Assembly: GCA_013265495.1 (NCBI GenBank)
Contig: MU058244.1
Coordinates: 1 to 64,000, forward strand
Direction of reading: 5' to 3'
Origin: Vicugna vicugna
Taxonomy: Eukaryota
Length of the DNA: 64,000 bases
The translations under genes were made by a program, and so were the position numbers. The notes beneath the pieces were generated by a model, which did no database searches, was not told the origin of the DNA, and saw only the letters and a program-made list of their open reading frames with translations. Below, in pieces: positions 1 to 11,440 of the stretch; position 1 is the stretch's first letter; the number at the start of each line of letters is the position of its first letter.

Positions 1-3000
1 CTCCGTCCCCCACCCCCCCAACACAAAAATCCAGTATCCTTTGGGCCGAGCCAGTCCTGGGGGTGAGATTCAGAGGCCGTTCTATGTTGGTGGAGGTCAG
101 CGTTATCCTGGGTCGGGGGAGGTGGGTGGTCCAGGAACAGAGCAGGGGAATGCGGAAGGCTCCCTGGGCAGTAGGTCCTGAAGGGGAGCAGGACTGAGTC
201 GGCAGTGTGTCCGGGCAGAGGGGCCATGTGGGGGTGCCCGGTGCCTTTGGGGACAGCAGCCTGTGTGGCTGGGGCGAGGCCTTGTGAGGAGCTGAGTGCC
301 GCACGTCAGGGGCTGCGGGTGGGGTCTTTGAAAATAGAGGCAGAGACCAGAGGCCATCTGTTCTAAACACACCCACATTTATGGCCTTGAAGGTGGCCAG
401 GGTGTAGGTAGAAGCGGCCTGGCTTTGAAGGGGGGGATTCTGGCCACCTGGGGGGAGGCAGAGCCTGGGGGCCCCGGCAGCAGGGAGCCTGCATCCGTAT
501 GTGCGTGTTTATCTGCGTGTGTGCCTTGGGGTGGCGGGCAGGGTCTCCTCTGGGGTCTGCCTGTGGCTGTGCTCGGGGCTGGGACCCGTCTGGTCCCTGG
601 GCCCGACAGGTGTGGCCCATGAAACCCTCCTACCTGCCTTCCTGGCGTGCGAGGCACCGGCGAGCGTGTGGAGGGGTGGCCACTGTGCCTGCGGGGCAGG
701 CAGGTCAGGCCAGGCGTCCAGCCCCCGCACTGCCACGTGGAACCTCAACAGTCCGGAAGTGTGGGCCCTCTGGGAATCGAGGCATCTACGCCCGTGTCCT
801 CCGTGAACTTGGGACCCCGGCCCCGCAGCTCAGAGCCCCGGGCACGGCCTGAGGGCGGGAGACGTTGTCCCAGAGCTGGTCTCTGCAGAGCAGGCAGGAT
901 CCCCAGGCCACCCCTGGAGGAGAGAGGGTCTTTCCAGGTGTGGTGCTCTGTGGGTGTCCGGCAGAGTGACTTGTTCAGAATGATGCTTTTTAATGAAGTA
1001 ACAGGTAACAGGGTCCGTGCTGGCCTGATGGGGGTGTAAACAGGCCCCGTCCCTGCACCTGCCACTCCCAGGCCCTGCCAGCCGTGTGGGTGCGTGCACC
1101 CACGGAGCTTGGGAGCTTCGTCCTGTGCCCGGGGACGAGCCTCACCAAGGGCCGGCTTCACACACAGTGGTTCTCTGGGCCGCCCGTGGTGCTGGGTGCT
1201 TTGGGCCGGTGGCGCCCCCTCTCTGGACCTCAGGCCGGGAGCGGCTCCATGAGACAAAGTCCAGGCTGCTGTCTGCGAGTGGCCACAGCTGTGTTCTGTG
1301 ACCAGCAGGTGCTGTTGAAATCGAATCAGCCGTCACCGTCGTGAAACCCAGGAGGCGGCACGGAGACTGCTGGGTTTCCATCCTTCGAGCGCTGGGCCGT
1401 CCGCTGCCCTGGCCTCATTCCACACAGGCTGTGGGCCTCATGCCAGGCAGGGGTGTGCTCCTGGCCCCCCACCCCAGCCTTTGGGCCTGTGGGCGGCTGA
1501 GTTTGTGAGTTTGCAAGCCTTCTCTGTCTCCACAGCCCCAAGGGCACCTCCAGCTCTGAGAGCCATGAGCCCCTTTGGTGGCACAACCCCCAGGTGCCTT
1601 TACCCCGGGGTGGCCGTGAGGGCCAGGAGGGGCGGCTGACTGCCCATGGGCCTGCCTTTTAAAAGCTATGTGTTTTCAATCAGGATAAAATTCCAGGGCC
1701 AATTAAAAACAGTAACAATAGAAGCAATCAGAGGTCTCTGGGTTGGCCACGTTTCCTCCGTGTGCACGAGCCACAGGGCTCCTGTGCATCTGCAGAGACC
1801 ATCACCATGTCCACAGACCTCAGGTGCGCGCTCACTGAGCATGGGCCCCAGGGCACCTGGAGCATCTCCCCCGCAGGCAGTTTGCTGTTGGTCCTCCAGA
1901 CCCCGCCCCTCTGACCGCTGGCCCCTCTCTGCTGCCCACCTGCAGCCACCAACATCACCCTCACGGCACCCAGCCCTGCCCCGTCCCAGCCTCAGCCGGG
2001 TCCCGGCGCGGGTGAGGGGCATGAGTCTGCTGCCCTCAGTGCAGGCAGCACCGGGCCCTTTGAAGCAGCCCTGTGGGGCTTAGCAGCCACTGAAAGAGCC
2101 CCCCACCCGGCCCCCCGTGCCCTGGACGTGGCGTTTCCAGGGGCCCCGCAGACACGCCGCTGCGTCTCCTGCCCACGCGCTGGCAGCGGGTCTGGCGGGT
2201 CTGGCGGCTCTGACGACACCGGCTGCCTGGCTCTTAGGATTGATCCCCGGGCTTGTTGGGTTTAAAATAAGCAAGATGCCTTTTATCCTAGAAAACGTTT
2301 CCTGCCCTGGAAAGCAGGGGTGAGAGAGGAGGCTGGGAAGGCCTCCAGGGTCCCGTGTTCGCCCCTCCTGACCTGGTCGTGGCCTGCGCGGGGTTGGGGG
2401 CATTTGAGGAGGGGCTCTGTTACGGACAGCTGTCACACCGGGGGCCTGCCCGCACTGGCGGCCTGGGACTCCTGGGACACCGGGACTAGCACTGGTCCTG
2501 GGTGCACAGCAGCAACGTCCACCCCTGCCCTTGGGGGTCAGCCTGGGCGGGGTGGGGGCATCACCCGCTCTGCAAACCCAGGCCTCTCCTTGGAGGATTT
2601 CCAGGAAGTGAGTACAGGGCTGTTCAGGTGGGGGGATGGGCAAGGATGCCCCATCTCCCAGCCAAGGAATCTGGGCCACAAACCAGATGATGCTGCCCCC
2701 TCCCAGGCCGGCGGGAGAGGGGCCACACTGACCCAGGCCTGTACCGATGGGCCCGGTGGTGGCCGGCCGTCTCAGGACCCAGCACCCTCCTGCACTGCTG
2801 CTCCTCCTCTGGCCTCCGCCTGGCCAGCCTCTCCTCCTCCACCCTTGGAGGAAGATCCAGAACCCAGTGTGGAGACGCCCGCCTGTCCTCTGCTGACGGT
2901 GGGTGGGTGGGCTTTGCGGCTAGCAGTGCAGGGGCTTGTCCCCTTGGCCCAAGGCCTTGTCCCTGAGGCGCCGGTGCAGAGGTGGCGTTGAGGTTTCCAG

Positions 3001-3589
3001 CCCCGAGCTCAGGGATGGCATGGGATAGGGGTCAAGCCAGGAGCCTTCAGTGCCCAGCCTCTGTCTCTAGTGGACCATCCGCTGCTGCAGGCGTCCTGCT
3101 GACCGTGGCCCAGGGCCGAGGAAGCCACGTCACTCCTGACCACCGTCCACGAAGTGGCAGTGGCCCCTTCCGCGGTCTTTGCCAGGTGGCCCGGGGGGAG
3201 AGGATGTTCTCACTCTGGCTCTGACCTCTGCTGGTGCCCTGCAGTGGAGTGAGCTGGGGAGAGGGTGGGCCCAGCACCCAGCCGCTGTGCGTCTGTTGCA
3301 TGCGTGAGTGACAGCTGGAGCCCCACCTGCCTGGAGTTTCGAGCAGGGGCTGTGTGCACCTCGCCCCTCCCCACCCGCATCACCTCCTGCCAAGTTAGAA
3401 GCGAGCGCGGCCCAGCTGACGGTCGGAGCTTGACTCTCCCTGTGGCTGCGTGGTCTCCCCGGGTGGAGCGGGTGGGTGGGTGTGAGCTGGGGGCAGTGGA
3501 GCCTCCGCTGCACCCTGGTGCCCACCGAGGAGGGGTGGCCAGGAGGGTGCTGCGGTGGAGCCAGGCTTCTGCCCTGGGGGTGCTTCCAT

Positions 3590-6130
3590 GTACCTGAAAA
3601 GTCACGGCCAGACCCACGGTCACTGATTGTCTCCTGGGTTATCTCCTAGAAGCTTGTTGTGTTTTATGAGTAGAGCTGTACCAATTTTTTAAAAAATTGT
3701 TTAACATGGAAAGAAATTACTACTTTAAAATTGAAAAAATTTTGACGGTAATCTGATTCCTTTTTTAATTTTAGAAAACTTGGGGGGATTGGGTTTATTT
3801 ATTTGTAATTAGGTTTATTTATTTGTTTATTTAATGGAGGTGCTGGGGATTGAACCCAGGACCTCGTGCATGTTAACGCTCTCCACCACTGAGCTACACC
3901 CTCCCCCGATCTGTATCCATTTTGGGCTAATTTTTGTAAAGATGTAAGTCCTTTGTCTGGACTCAGTTTTTGCAGGTGGATGTCCAGTTGTTCAAGCATC
4001 CTTTGATGATGAGACGGTTTTGGTCCCGTTGTGTGGCCTTCGTCCCGCTGTGGAGAGTGGGTGACAGTGTTTGTGGGTCTGCCTCCGGGTTCCCTGTTCT
4101 CTCCCGCTGATCGTCTGTTCCTGTGCCGAAGCCACACCGTCCTGGTTACCTAGCTTCATGGGAAGTCTGCAGGTCGGCGGTGTCAGTCCTCTGGTCTGCA
4201 GTTCTCTGTTGGCTGCCCTGGACCTTTGCTTCTCCACATGGACTTTGGAATCAGCTTGCTGGCATCCACGGGGTGGCTGCTGAGGCTGTCACTGGCACTG
4301 AGCTGCCTCTGTAGGTGGAGTGGGGAAGAACTGACGGCCTGGCAGCACTGCGTCTCCTCCACAGGCAGGAAGTGTCTCTGCGTTTGTTCAGCTTTGTAAT
4401 TTTGTTCATCAGAGTTCAGGAGTTTTCGTCGTTCAGATCTTGTGCATACTTAGTGAGGTTTTTTTGAGGAGGGCTACTGTAAGTGGTGTTACGTTTTTAA
4501 CTGTAAATTTTCACACGCTTGTTGCTGGTGTCTGGGAAAGCGATTGGCTCGGACACGTTAACCTTGTACCCTCAGCCTTGCCGTGGCCACTTACTGCTTT
4601 GTTTTGTTTTGTTTCTGCTGATTCTTTGGGATTTGTTTTTACAGTCATGTCACCTGCAAACAAAGACAGTTTTATTTCTTCCTTTCCTAGCTATGTACAT
4701 TTTCCTCCTTTTCTTGTCTTATTGCATTAGCGAGGGCTTCTCCAGTGTGATGCTGAGGAGGAGTGGTGAAGGAATGTGTTTGGCTTGAGTCCTGGTCTTA
4801 GGGGCAAGCGTCCAGTTTCTCACCACTGGGTGTGGTGTGAACTGTAAGGGCTTCCAGCTGTTCTTTCCCAAGCTGAGGAAGTCCTCCTGTGTTCCTGTTT
4901 CTCTGAGTTTTGTCCGTGGGTGTTGGATTTTGTCAGGTGCTTTTTATGCATCTGATACGGTCACACGATTTTCCTTCGCTGGTCTTCTGATGCGACGCAT
5001 TACACTGATTTCTGAATGCTGACCAGCCTCGCGTCCCTGAAATGAATTCCACTTGCTTCTAGTGTATAAATCTTTCACTACCATGTTGGATTTGCTTTGC
5101 CTGAACTTGCTGCGGAATTTTACGTCCACATTCATGAGATAGTGGTCTGTAATTTTCCTTTCTTGTATTATTTTTGGTCTGGTTTTGGTATCAGAGTAAT
5201 TTTGGCCTCGTAGGAGGAGTTAGAAAGTGTTCCCTCTGCTTTTATTTCTGGAAGAGACTGTAGCACATTAGTGTAGTTCCGAACTCAAGCGTTTGCTGGA
5301 ATTCGCTTGGTGAGCCCACCTGCGGCTGCTGCTTCCGGTCTCAGCGGGCTGATAATTATCGATGCAGTTTCTGTAGTCGACTGTGCTGTCTGCTTCTTCC
5401 TGTGTGTTTTGGCAGATTGTGTGTTCAAAGAGCCGGCCCCTTCATCGGGGTCAGGTTGGTGGGGCAGCCTGTGGGCAGTGCCGCGGCGTCTGCAGCGATG
5501 CCTTCTCGTTCGTTTCTGACGCCAGGTGTCTGCGTCTTCTCCCTCCCGCTCTCTCTCTTGCCTTTTGCTTTGTTTTTGTTGTTGTTGTTGTTGTTCATAG
5601 GTTTTTATTGATTTTTTTCGAAGAACCAGCTTTGGTTCCATTGATTTACTCTATTAATTTCCTACTTTAAATTCTGCTCTAATTTTTATTATTTCCTTTC
5701 TTTCACTTCCTTTGGGTTTAATCTGCTCTCCTTTTCCTCACTTCCTTAGGGGGAAGCTTAGCTTGTCGATTTTAGGTCTCTCTCCTTTTGGAACATGTGC
5801 TTTCACTGTGTCCCTCTGAGCACTGCTCTTGCTGCACCCCACACCTTTTGACAAGTTGCGTTTTCATTTTCGTTTAGTTAAAAACAGTCTCAATTTCTCT
5901 TGCACCTCCTTCTTTTACCCATGTGCTGTTCAGACCTGTGTTGCTTAATCTGCAAATATTTTGAGGTTTTAAGTTATCTTTCTGTTATTGATTTCTGGTT
6001 TAGTTCCCTTGTGGTCTGAGGGCGGGCGCTGTGCGATTCATCGTATCAGTTTGCTCAGGTGTGCTCAGGTGTGCTGGGCTCAGCGGGACCGCTCCTGGGC
6101 TCCCTGCCACGCTCCCCGCAGGGTCCTGGG
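3590..6130 (-). mobile_element. Old LINE-1 (L1M-type) ORF2-region fragment, antisense, interrupted by a SINE
   Basis: T-rich antisense L1 ORF2-like text (e.g. gatctgtatccattttgggctaatttttg, tgcaggtggatgtccagttgttcaagcatc, ttttctcaccactgggtgtggtg). No intact ORF. Recognised by eye. Confidence 0.8.
3689..3907 (-). mobile_element. tRNA-derived SINE (camelid Vic-1-like) with long AT-rich tail
   Basis: Reverse complement reads GGGGGAGGGTGTAGCTCAGTGG...ATGCACGAGGTCCTGGGTTCAATCCCCAGCACCTCCATTAAATAAACAAATAAATAAACCTAATTAC, with A and B boxes. Imperfect TSD: 3673-3688 vs 3908-3923 (13/16). Confidence 0.9.
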
Positions 6131-6780
6131 CGCTTGCGTGCTTCTCTCCAGCGCCAGGCGTCGCGGATGAGGAACCAGCCACGGACGAGGTGGCACCAGG
6201 TCCCCTGCGGCAGAGGCTCCGGGGATTTGTAAACACCACGCTTGCAATGCTCCAGCGAGGAGCAGGCGGGCTCACGCCCCCAAGTAAACAGCTACGCCTG
6301 AGTTACTGCTGTTTAAAGAGAATTATTTGGAAACTTGCCGTCAATAGAGAAATGTAGCGAGCTTTTACCCAAACAGTGGAAAAGTCTAAACATGAACCAG
6401 GACACTGTCTGGGGTGCCGGCTCCTAGCAGACGGAAGCCCCTCTGTCACCCCGGCTGTGACAGGCAGCATAGAACAGAATGTCACCGCGGTGCCCATTGC
6501 GCTGGAGTATTCCCCGCGGATCCAGGCTGGTTCCCAGAACGTGAATAGCGCTGACCGTGAGTGCAGACCAGCAACGGAGAGACACGCTTCCAAGGCAAAG
6601 GCGGCGGGGCTTTGAGAACCGTTTCTAAAGGGGAGGAACGGATGTCGGGTGCACTTACCCTTTGGGGCATCGTTTGGAAGTTGGGAAACACGTTAGGAAG
6701 CACTTGGACACGTTTGCTGCATTTAGTGGGGCCTCTTTGTTAATGTTTCCATCATTCATAATTCCCTCCTGGTCCCTGTC

Positions 6781-6865
6781 AACACACGTGCACACACTGT
6801 GCACAATGCACACACACGTGCACACAGCGTGCACACATGCACAGACATACACACGTGCACTCTGT
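6781..6865. repeat. CA/TG-rich low-complexity repeat (cacacgtgcaca-type)
   Basis: Direct sequence. Confidence 0.8.
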
Positions 6866-8429
6866 GCAGACCTGTGGCTGGAGTGTCTGCTATGTGATCA
6901 CCAGCCTGGGGCATAAACACACATCCTGGCTCTGACATCCCACCACCAACATGCTTCTGAAAGTTTGACATTTTTCAAAGTAAGACGTTTAAAGACGTAG
7001 AAACTCAGAACTGTTGGAAGTGCTCATGCAGTCTGATTCCTTCATGACTGGAGGTGGTCCTGTGCTCATTGTCACAGCGCTTTTGCTTAAAATCACAAGA
7101 ATTCCTCCCCTGTCCCCATATTCATAGATGGTTGGAGTTGGGGGGCAGGTTTTATGTGGGGCTGTGGTGCAGGGGTCTCCCCCACTACACTGCGCCCCAT
7201 CTTGGGAGGGGGTCAGGTGCTGGGGGCAGATGCAGCTCTGATTGGCTGTGGGCACCCTCCCTCCCTGTCTTCTGCACTGGGGTGGCCTTGGCTCTGAGAA
7301 CTGGTCCGACCTGTTTGCCTCTGCAGGTTTCTGTGCAGGGGTGGGGCAGGGGGTGTTTACCTCTCAGGCCACCTGCAGCAGCAGTTCCGCAGCATATTAG
7401 AAATGTAAGCCAATAAAAGAATAAAAAAGCCATAACTAGATCAGGAGACTGGCCAAGATCAGGGGTGCGGAGTCTCCTTTGGCATCATTCCCGGGGATCC
7501 CAAGATGAGTCTGGGCATCTTAGTGGGGCTGGGAGAAGGGGCTTGGAGCTGCTATGTGCACAGGGTTTGGAACCAGCAGGAATGACCCTGGTAGCCCCCG
7601 ACAGGGACTGTTCCAAGGGCATGGTCATGCTGGTTAACCTCCCACGGTGCTGAGTGCAGGCCTGATCCTACGCCTGCTTCCCGGGTGGGTTAACTCCTTG
7701 GAGAGTCAGCTCCTGGGTCCCTCCAGGCAAGTTTAGGGGTGGCACAGGGTCCCTGGGTTGCCATCAAAGGGGCATTTGTCACAGGGCTGACCCCTGCCCC
7801 TTGTGATGCAGCCCCACACGTCCATCCCATGGGACAGTGAGCCCCCCCGGGCAAGGGCTGCAGACACAGAGGCTGGGCGTCAGGACTCAGGTGACGTGGG
7901 AATTGCAGCCAACAGAGAGCCTGGGCCCCCAGCCGGGTGGAGAGTGGGCTGAGTTCCTGCTCTGTGACCCTGTGTGGGGTCCCATGTGGCTGGGTCGTCC
8001 CCTTTTTTCTCCAAAAAAATCCAAAATTTGGATATTTATCACTCTCAATTTTTAAATGTTGGGAGGTAACTTTGAAAACAGTGCCAGTGTTGGTGCACAG
8101 AGGGTCCGGTAAGCACTAAGAACACTACATGGTGACCAAGGATCTCTTCTCCCAAAGAGGCCCAGGTCCCGAAGGGTTTACGAGTGGATTCCACCAAACT
8201 TCGGCACACCGTCCATCCTGACTTTAATGAGCTGCTCCAGAAAACAGAAAACAAGAGGAAGCCGCCCATCTCCTTGCACGACCTTCACGTGGATTTGGGG
8301 GGGACACACAGATCAGCCCGCAGCAAACCCACAGAGCGTGTGCCATGGAGTGTGCCAGGGTGAGGCTGGGGTGATCGGTGGGCGTCGTTGGGAAAATTGT
8401 CTCACTCTGGGGAAGAACAAAGCAGATCC

Positions 8430-8720
8430 CCTTCCTCATGGACTGAGTCTGCACACGAGAGCTGTGCGAGCCCTCACTCCCAGGGTGGTGGTGTTTGGAG
8501 GTGGAGCCTTTGGGAAGTGCTGGGGTTTAGATCAAGTCACGAGGGTGGGGCCCCCATGATGGAATTAGTGCCCTGCTGAGAAGAGACCCCAGGGAGTCTG
8601 CTCCCCGCCTGTCTGCCACGTGAACCGGGAAGGGCTTGGCCGGCACCTTATCTCGGCCCCCACCTCCCGCCTGTGAGAGGCGATCTGGAGAGCATCTTGT
8701 GGCTTGCTGGTGGGGAGCGC
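8430..8720 (+). mobile_element. MaLR (MLT1-type) solo LTR fragment
   Basis: ggtgtttggaggtggagcctttgggaagtg...gagggtggggcccccatgatggaattagtgccct...agaagagacccc is a typical MLT1 motif. Confidence 0.7.
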
Positions 8721-9275
8721 TTTCTCACGTAAGACCGGGACAGCACAGCCATGAAAGCAGAAACGAGATTCCATTGAACAAGAGGTGTCTGCTTAACTCA
8801 GGACGTCGTGGGAAAGTTAACCAGCAGGTTCCTGTCTGCGTGGATGCGTTTGCAGTATCTAAAGCCAGCAAGCAGCCGACGTCCAAAATGCAGGAGGAGC
8901 TGCTGCAAACCCACGAGAGAAAGATTCCAGCCCTGTATTGAGATGGGCCAAGGTAGGAACAAGAAGCTTCGCGGAGAGGGAGGACAGAGACGGAGGAGAG
9001 CAGCCCTCGTCCACAGCGGCAGCCCGAGCAGAGCCGAGATGCGCTCCTGAACAAAAGGACAAGACAGAAGGCTCTGAGCACGAGGCCGTTTTGGGGGAAA
9101 CGCAAGGTCCACGCACACAGCCCAGGGCTGTGGTTTTTACGGGCAAGCAGACAACGAGCAGGAAGCACGTCCGACATCTTAGCGCAGCAGCAGTGTGCAG
9201 GGAGGGAGGGGCAGTAAGTTATAGACAGGAGCGGATCACACGCGTCCCGACTCAGGGCACACGTCTGCACCTGAG

Positions 9276-9436
9276 CATTTTTTTAAAAATTTCATTTATT
9301 TATTTTTGGTTTGTTTGGAGGGGAGGTTGTTAGATTTAGTTATTTTTTGTTTATTTTTGATGAAGGTGCTGGGGATTGAACCCAGGACTTCGTGCATGCT
9401 AAGCATGCGCTCTACCCTTGAGCGGTACCCTCCCCC
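9276..9436 (-). mobile_element. tRNA-derived SINE (camelid Vic-1-like)
   Basis: Reverse complement reads GGGGGAGGGTACCGCTCAAGGGTAGAGCGCATGCTTAGCATGCACGAAGTCCTGGGTTCAATCCCCAGCACC plus an A-rich tail. Exact 11-bp TSD ctgcacctgag at 9265-9275 and 9437-9447, next to a TT/AAAC L1-endonuclease-like site. Confidence 0.92.
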
Positions 9437-10868
9437 CTGCACCTGAGGTTTAAGATGCTGGCAGCCCACAAAACATGAAAGATGTCTGGGAGTCACGGAC
9501 CCTCCAGGGGCCTTGTGTCACCGGGAGCCCAGGCCGTGGTGCGTCCCAGGGTCGGGGGGCCGCCTCCGTTCTCTTCTTGCTTTGTTCTCAGAGACGCTTT
9601 GGTGCTCACCTGAGGTCGGGGCTGCCTGGAAGCCCAGCGGCCGAGGCCGCTGGCTTGATGGTCTTGTTTCCAAGGTCGAATGAAACAAGTAACTTACCAG
9701 CAGGACGTGTTCTAAACATTTACTTGCGAGTCAAGAAGTAGGCTTGTTTTAAATGGCACTTGGGCAGTGAGGCTTAGATTTAAAATAAACAAAACCAAAC
9801 CATCAGCATTGCCGGAGCCAGCCGTGGCGAGCGCGCAGACCTCTTCTGCCGGGCTGAGAACGGCAAGCCCGAGGTGGGACGGGGCAGCTCTGTCTGCGTG
9901 ACTTCTTCCAGAAACATATCAAGTTGGTGTTTGACCCCAGGGTCAGACCTCACCTTGAATGTGAATTTGAAAACGTTGGTTCCGCAGAGACAGTCAGAGA
10001 GCCTGGTGTGAAGGGAAAGTTCTAGGTTTGGAAGTGGACCCGTGTCTTCGGGAGACTGCCTGACCGGTGGCCAAGGTCCCCGTCTGAGCCGGGCTGTGGC
10101 TGCAGAACAGAGGACGCTGCTCAGACTGCGGCCTCGGGGCCAGGCCCACACACCTTGGGGCAGACTGCAGCACTCGGGTCGGGGAGGCTGCTCGATTTTG
10201 CCTCATTTTTCTCACCCAGTCACGGGGCCCAGGGGAGCAGGCAGGGGGACTTCTCTTTTGGGGAGACGTGCTTGCATTTTGGGATAGAGATGCCGATCCC
10301 TGACCCCGCACCTGGTTGTGTCCCCAAGAGACAACCGTGGCCCTCGACCAACGTGCACCTTCCGCACGGGAGACTGGCGCCCCCGCCCAGCTCCGCCCGA
10401 CTCCCTCCCCTCCTGCTCGTACGGCCCATTTCACACCCAGTCTTGGGAAACTAAGTGGCCACGCTGCCTGGTGGACGCGGCCTTGGCGGCCTCTTGGGTC
10501 ACAGATTAGAGGCTGGTGTCTTCTTGTTTCTGCGTCTGGCATCTCGCAGCCTTAGACAGTATATGTCTCCCTGGGAAAATGCCGAGACGGGTTGTCAGGA
10601 CTGGTAGCCGCATTCTCCTGGGCTGGATTTGCCGCCATGAGGAACGGCCTCCATCTGTCTTGTGTTCTGTGAGCAGACTCTGTATGGTGTGACCCCATTT
10701 TTGTAGAGCCCCAGGCGGCCACCTGCCCAGACGCAGAAGCGATCCGGAGGCTTTGAGTGAGGGGCGGGGTGCAACGAGGGTCTTTACTCCTCTTCTGGGC
10801 TGCCTCTCCCTGCTGGGCGGGCCTTGCTCTGCCGCCACGGCTCCCGCACCCTGTGCTTTTTCTTCCAG

Positions 10869-10930
10869 CGACATATTCGATGCCATGTTCCCTGTCACCC
10901 ACATTGCCGGGGAGACCGTCATACAGCAAG
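10869..10930 (+). CDS. PRKAR1B: PRKAR1B coding exon (human exon 5): (S)DIFDAMFPVTHIAGETVIQQ(G)
   Basis: 62 bp with ttccag acceptor and gtacgc donor. Peptide matches the start of RI-beta CNB-A, and the frame joins the next exon. Confidence 0.97.
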
Positions 10931-11393
10931 GTACGCCCCTCCTGCTCCGGAGCCGGAGCCGACCGGGCAGAGCTGGCCGGGCACTTGGAGGATGCATCAT
11001 ACAAGACTCAGGGTCCATCCTGGAGAAAAGTCACCAACGAGGCTTCAGAACAGCCAGTGTAACAAGCTAATGTGTGTTAACGTGTGTCCGCAACCCTCTT
11101 GTCATTAGAAAAACTGGTGAGCTGTGCCAAGTCCCGGGCGTGGATTTCAGAAGGGTGAGGTCAGGAGATGCTGCAGCGACCGTTGGCCTGGTGTAGTGAC
11201 CATTCCACTGCGGGTGTCAGGTCACCGTGCCATGCACCTTCCACACGTGCAGCTCTTGTTTAAATACTGATGAGACCTAGCACTGCTTGGCAGAAGTCTG
11301 GGAAGCAATGTTGAAAGATAGTTTATTACCAGAAAAACAAAGACACCGTGGTCCACAGCCGGCATCACATGTCCTGTTTTTCTCTTCTTGCAG

Positions 11394-11440
11394 GGGATGA
11401 AGGGGACAACTTCTATGTAATTGACCAAGGAGAGGTGGAT
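11394..11440 (+). CDS. PRKAR1B: PRKAR1B coding exon 6: (G)DEGDNFYVIDQGEVD
   Basis: 47 bp with ttgcag acceptor and gtaagt donor; CNB-A peptide. Confidence 0.97.

Noticed and set aside
3840-3907. tRNA-like A/B-box sequences here and at 9365-9436
   Set aside because: These are SINE heads with A-rich tails and TSDs, not tRNA genes.
1-10868. Search for PRKAR1B exons 2-4 (dimerisation domain, RRRRGGVS pseudosubstrate, VIPKDYKT)
   Set aside because: Not found; they presumably lie upstream of the window.
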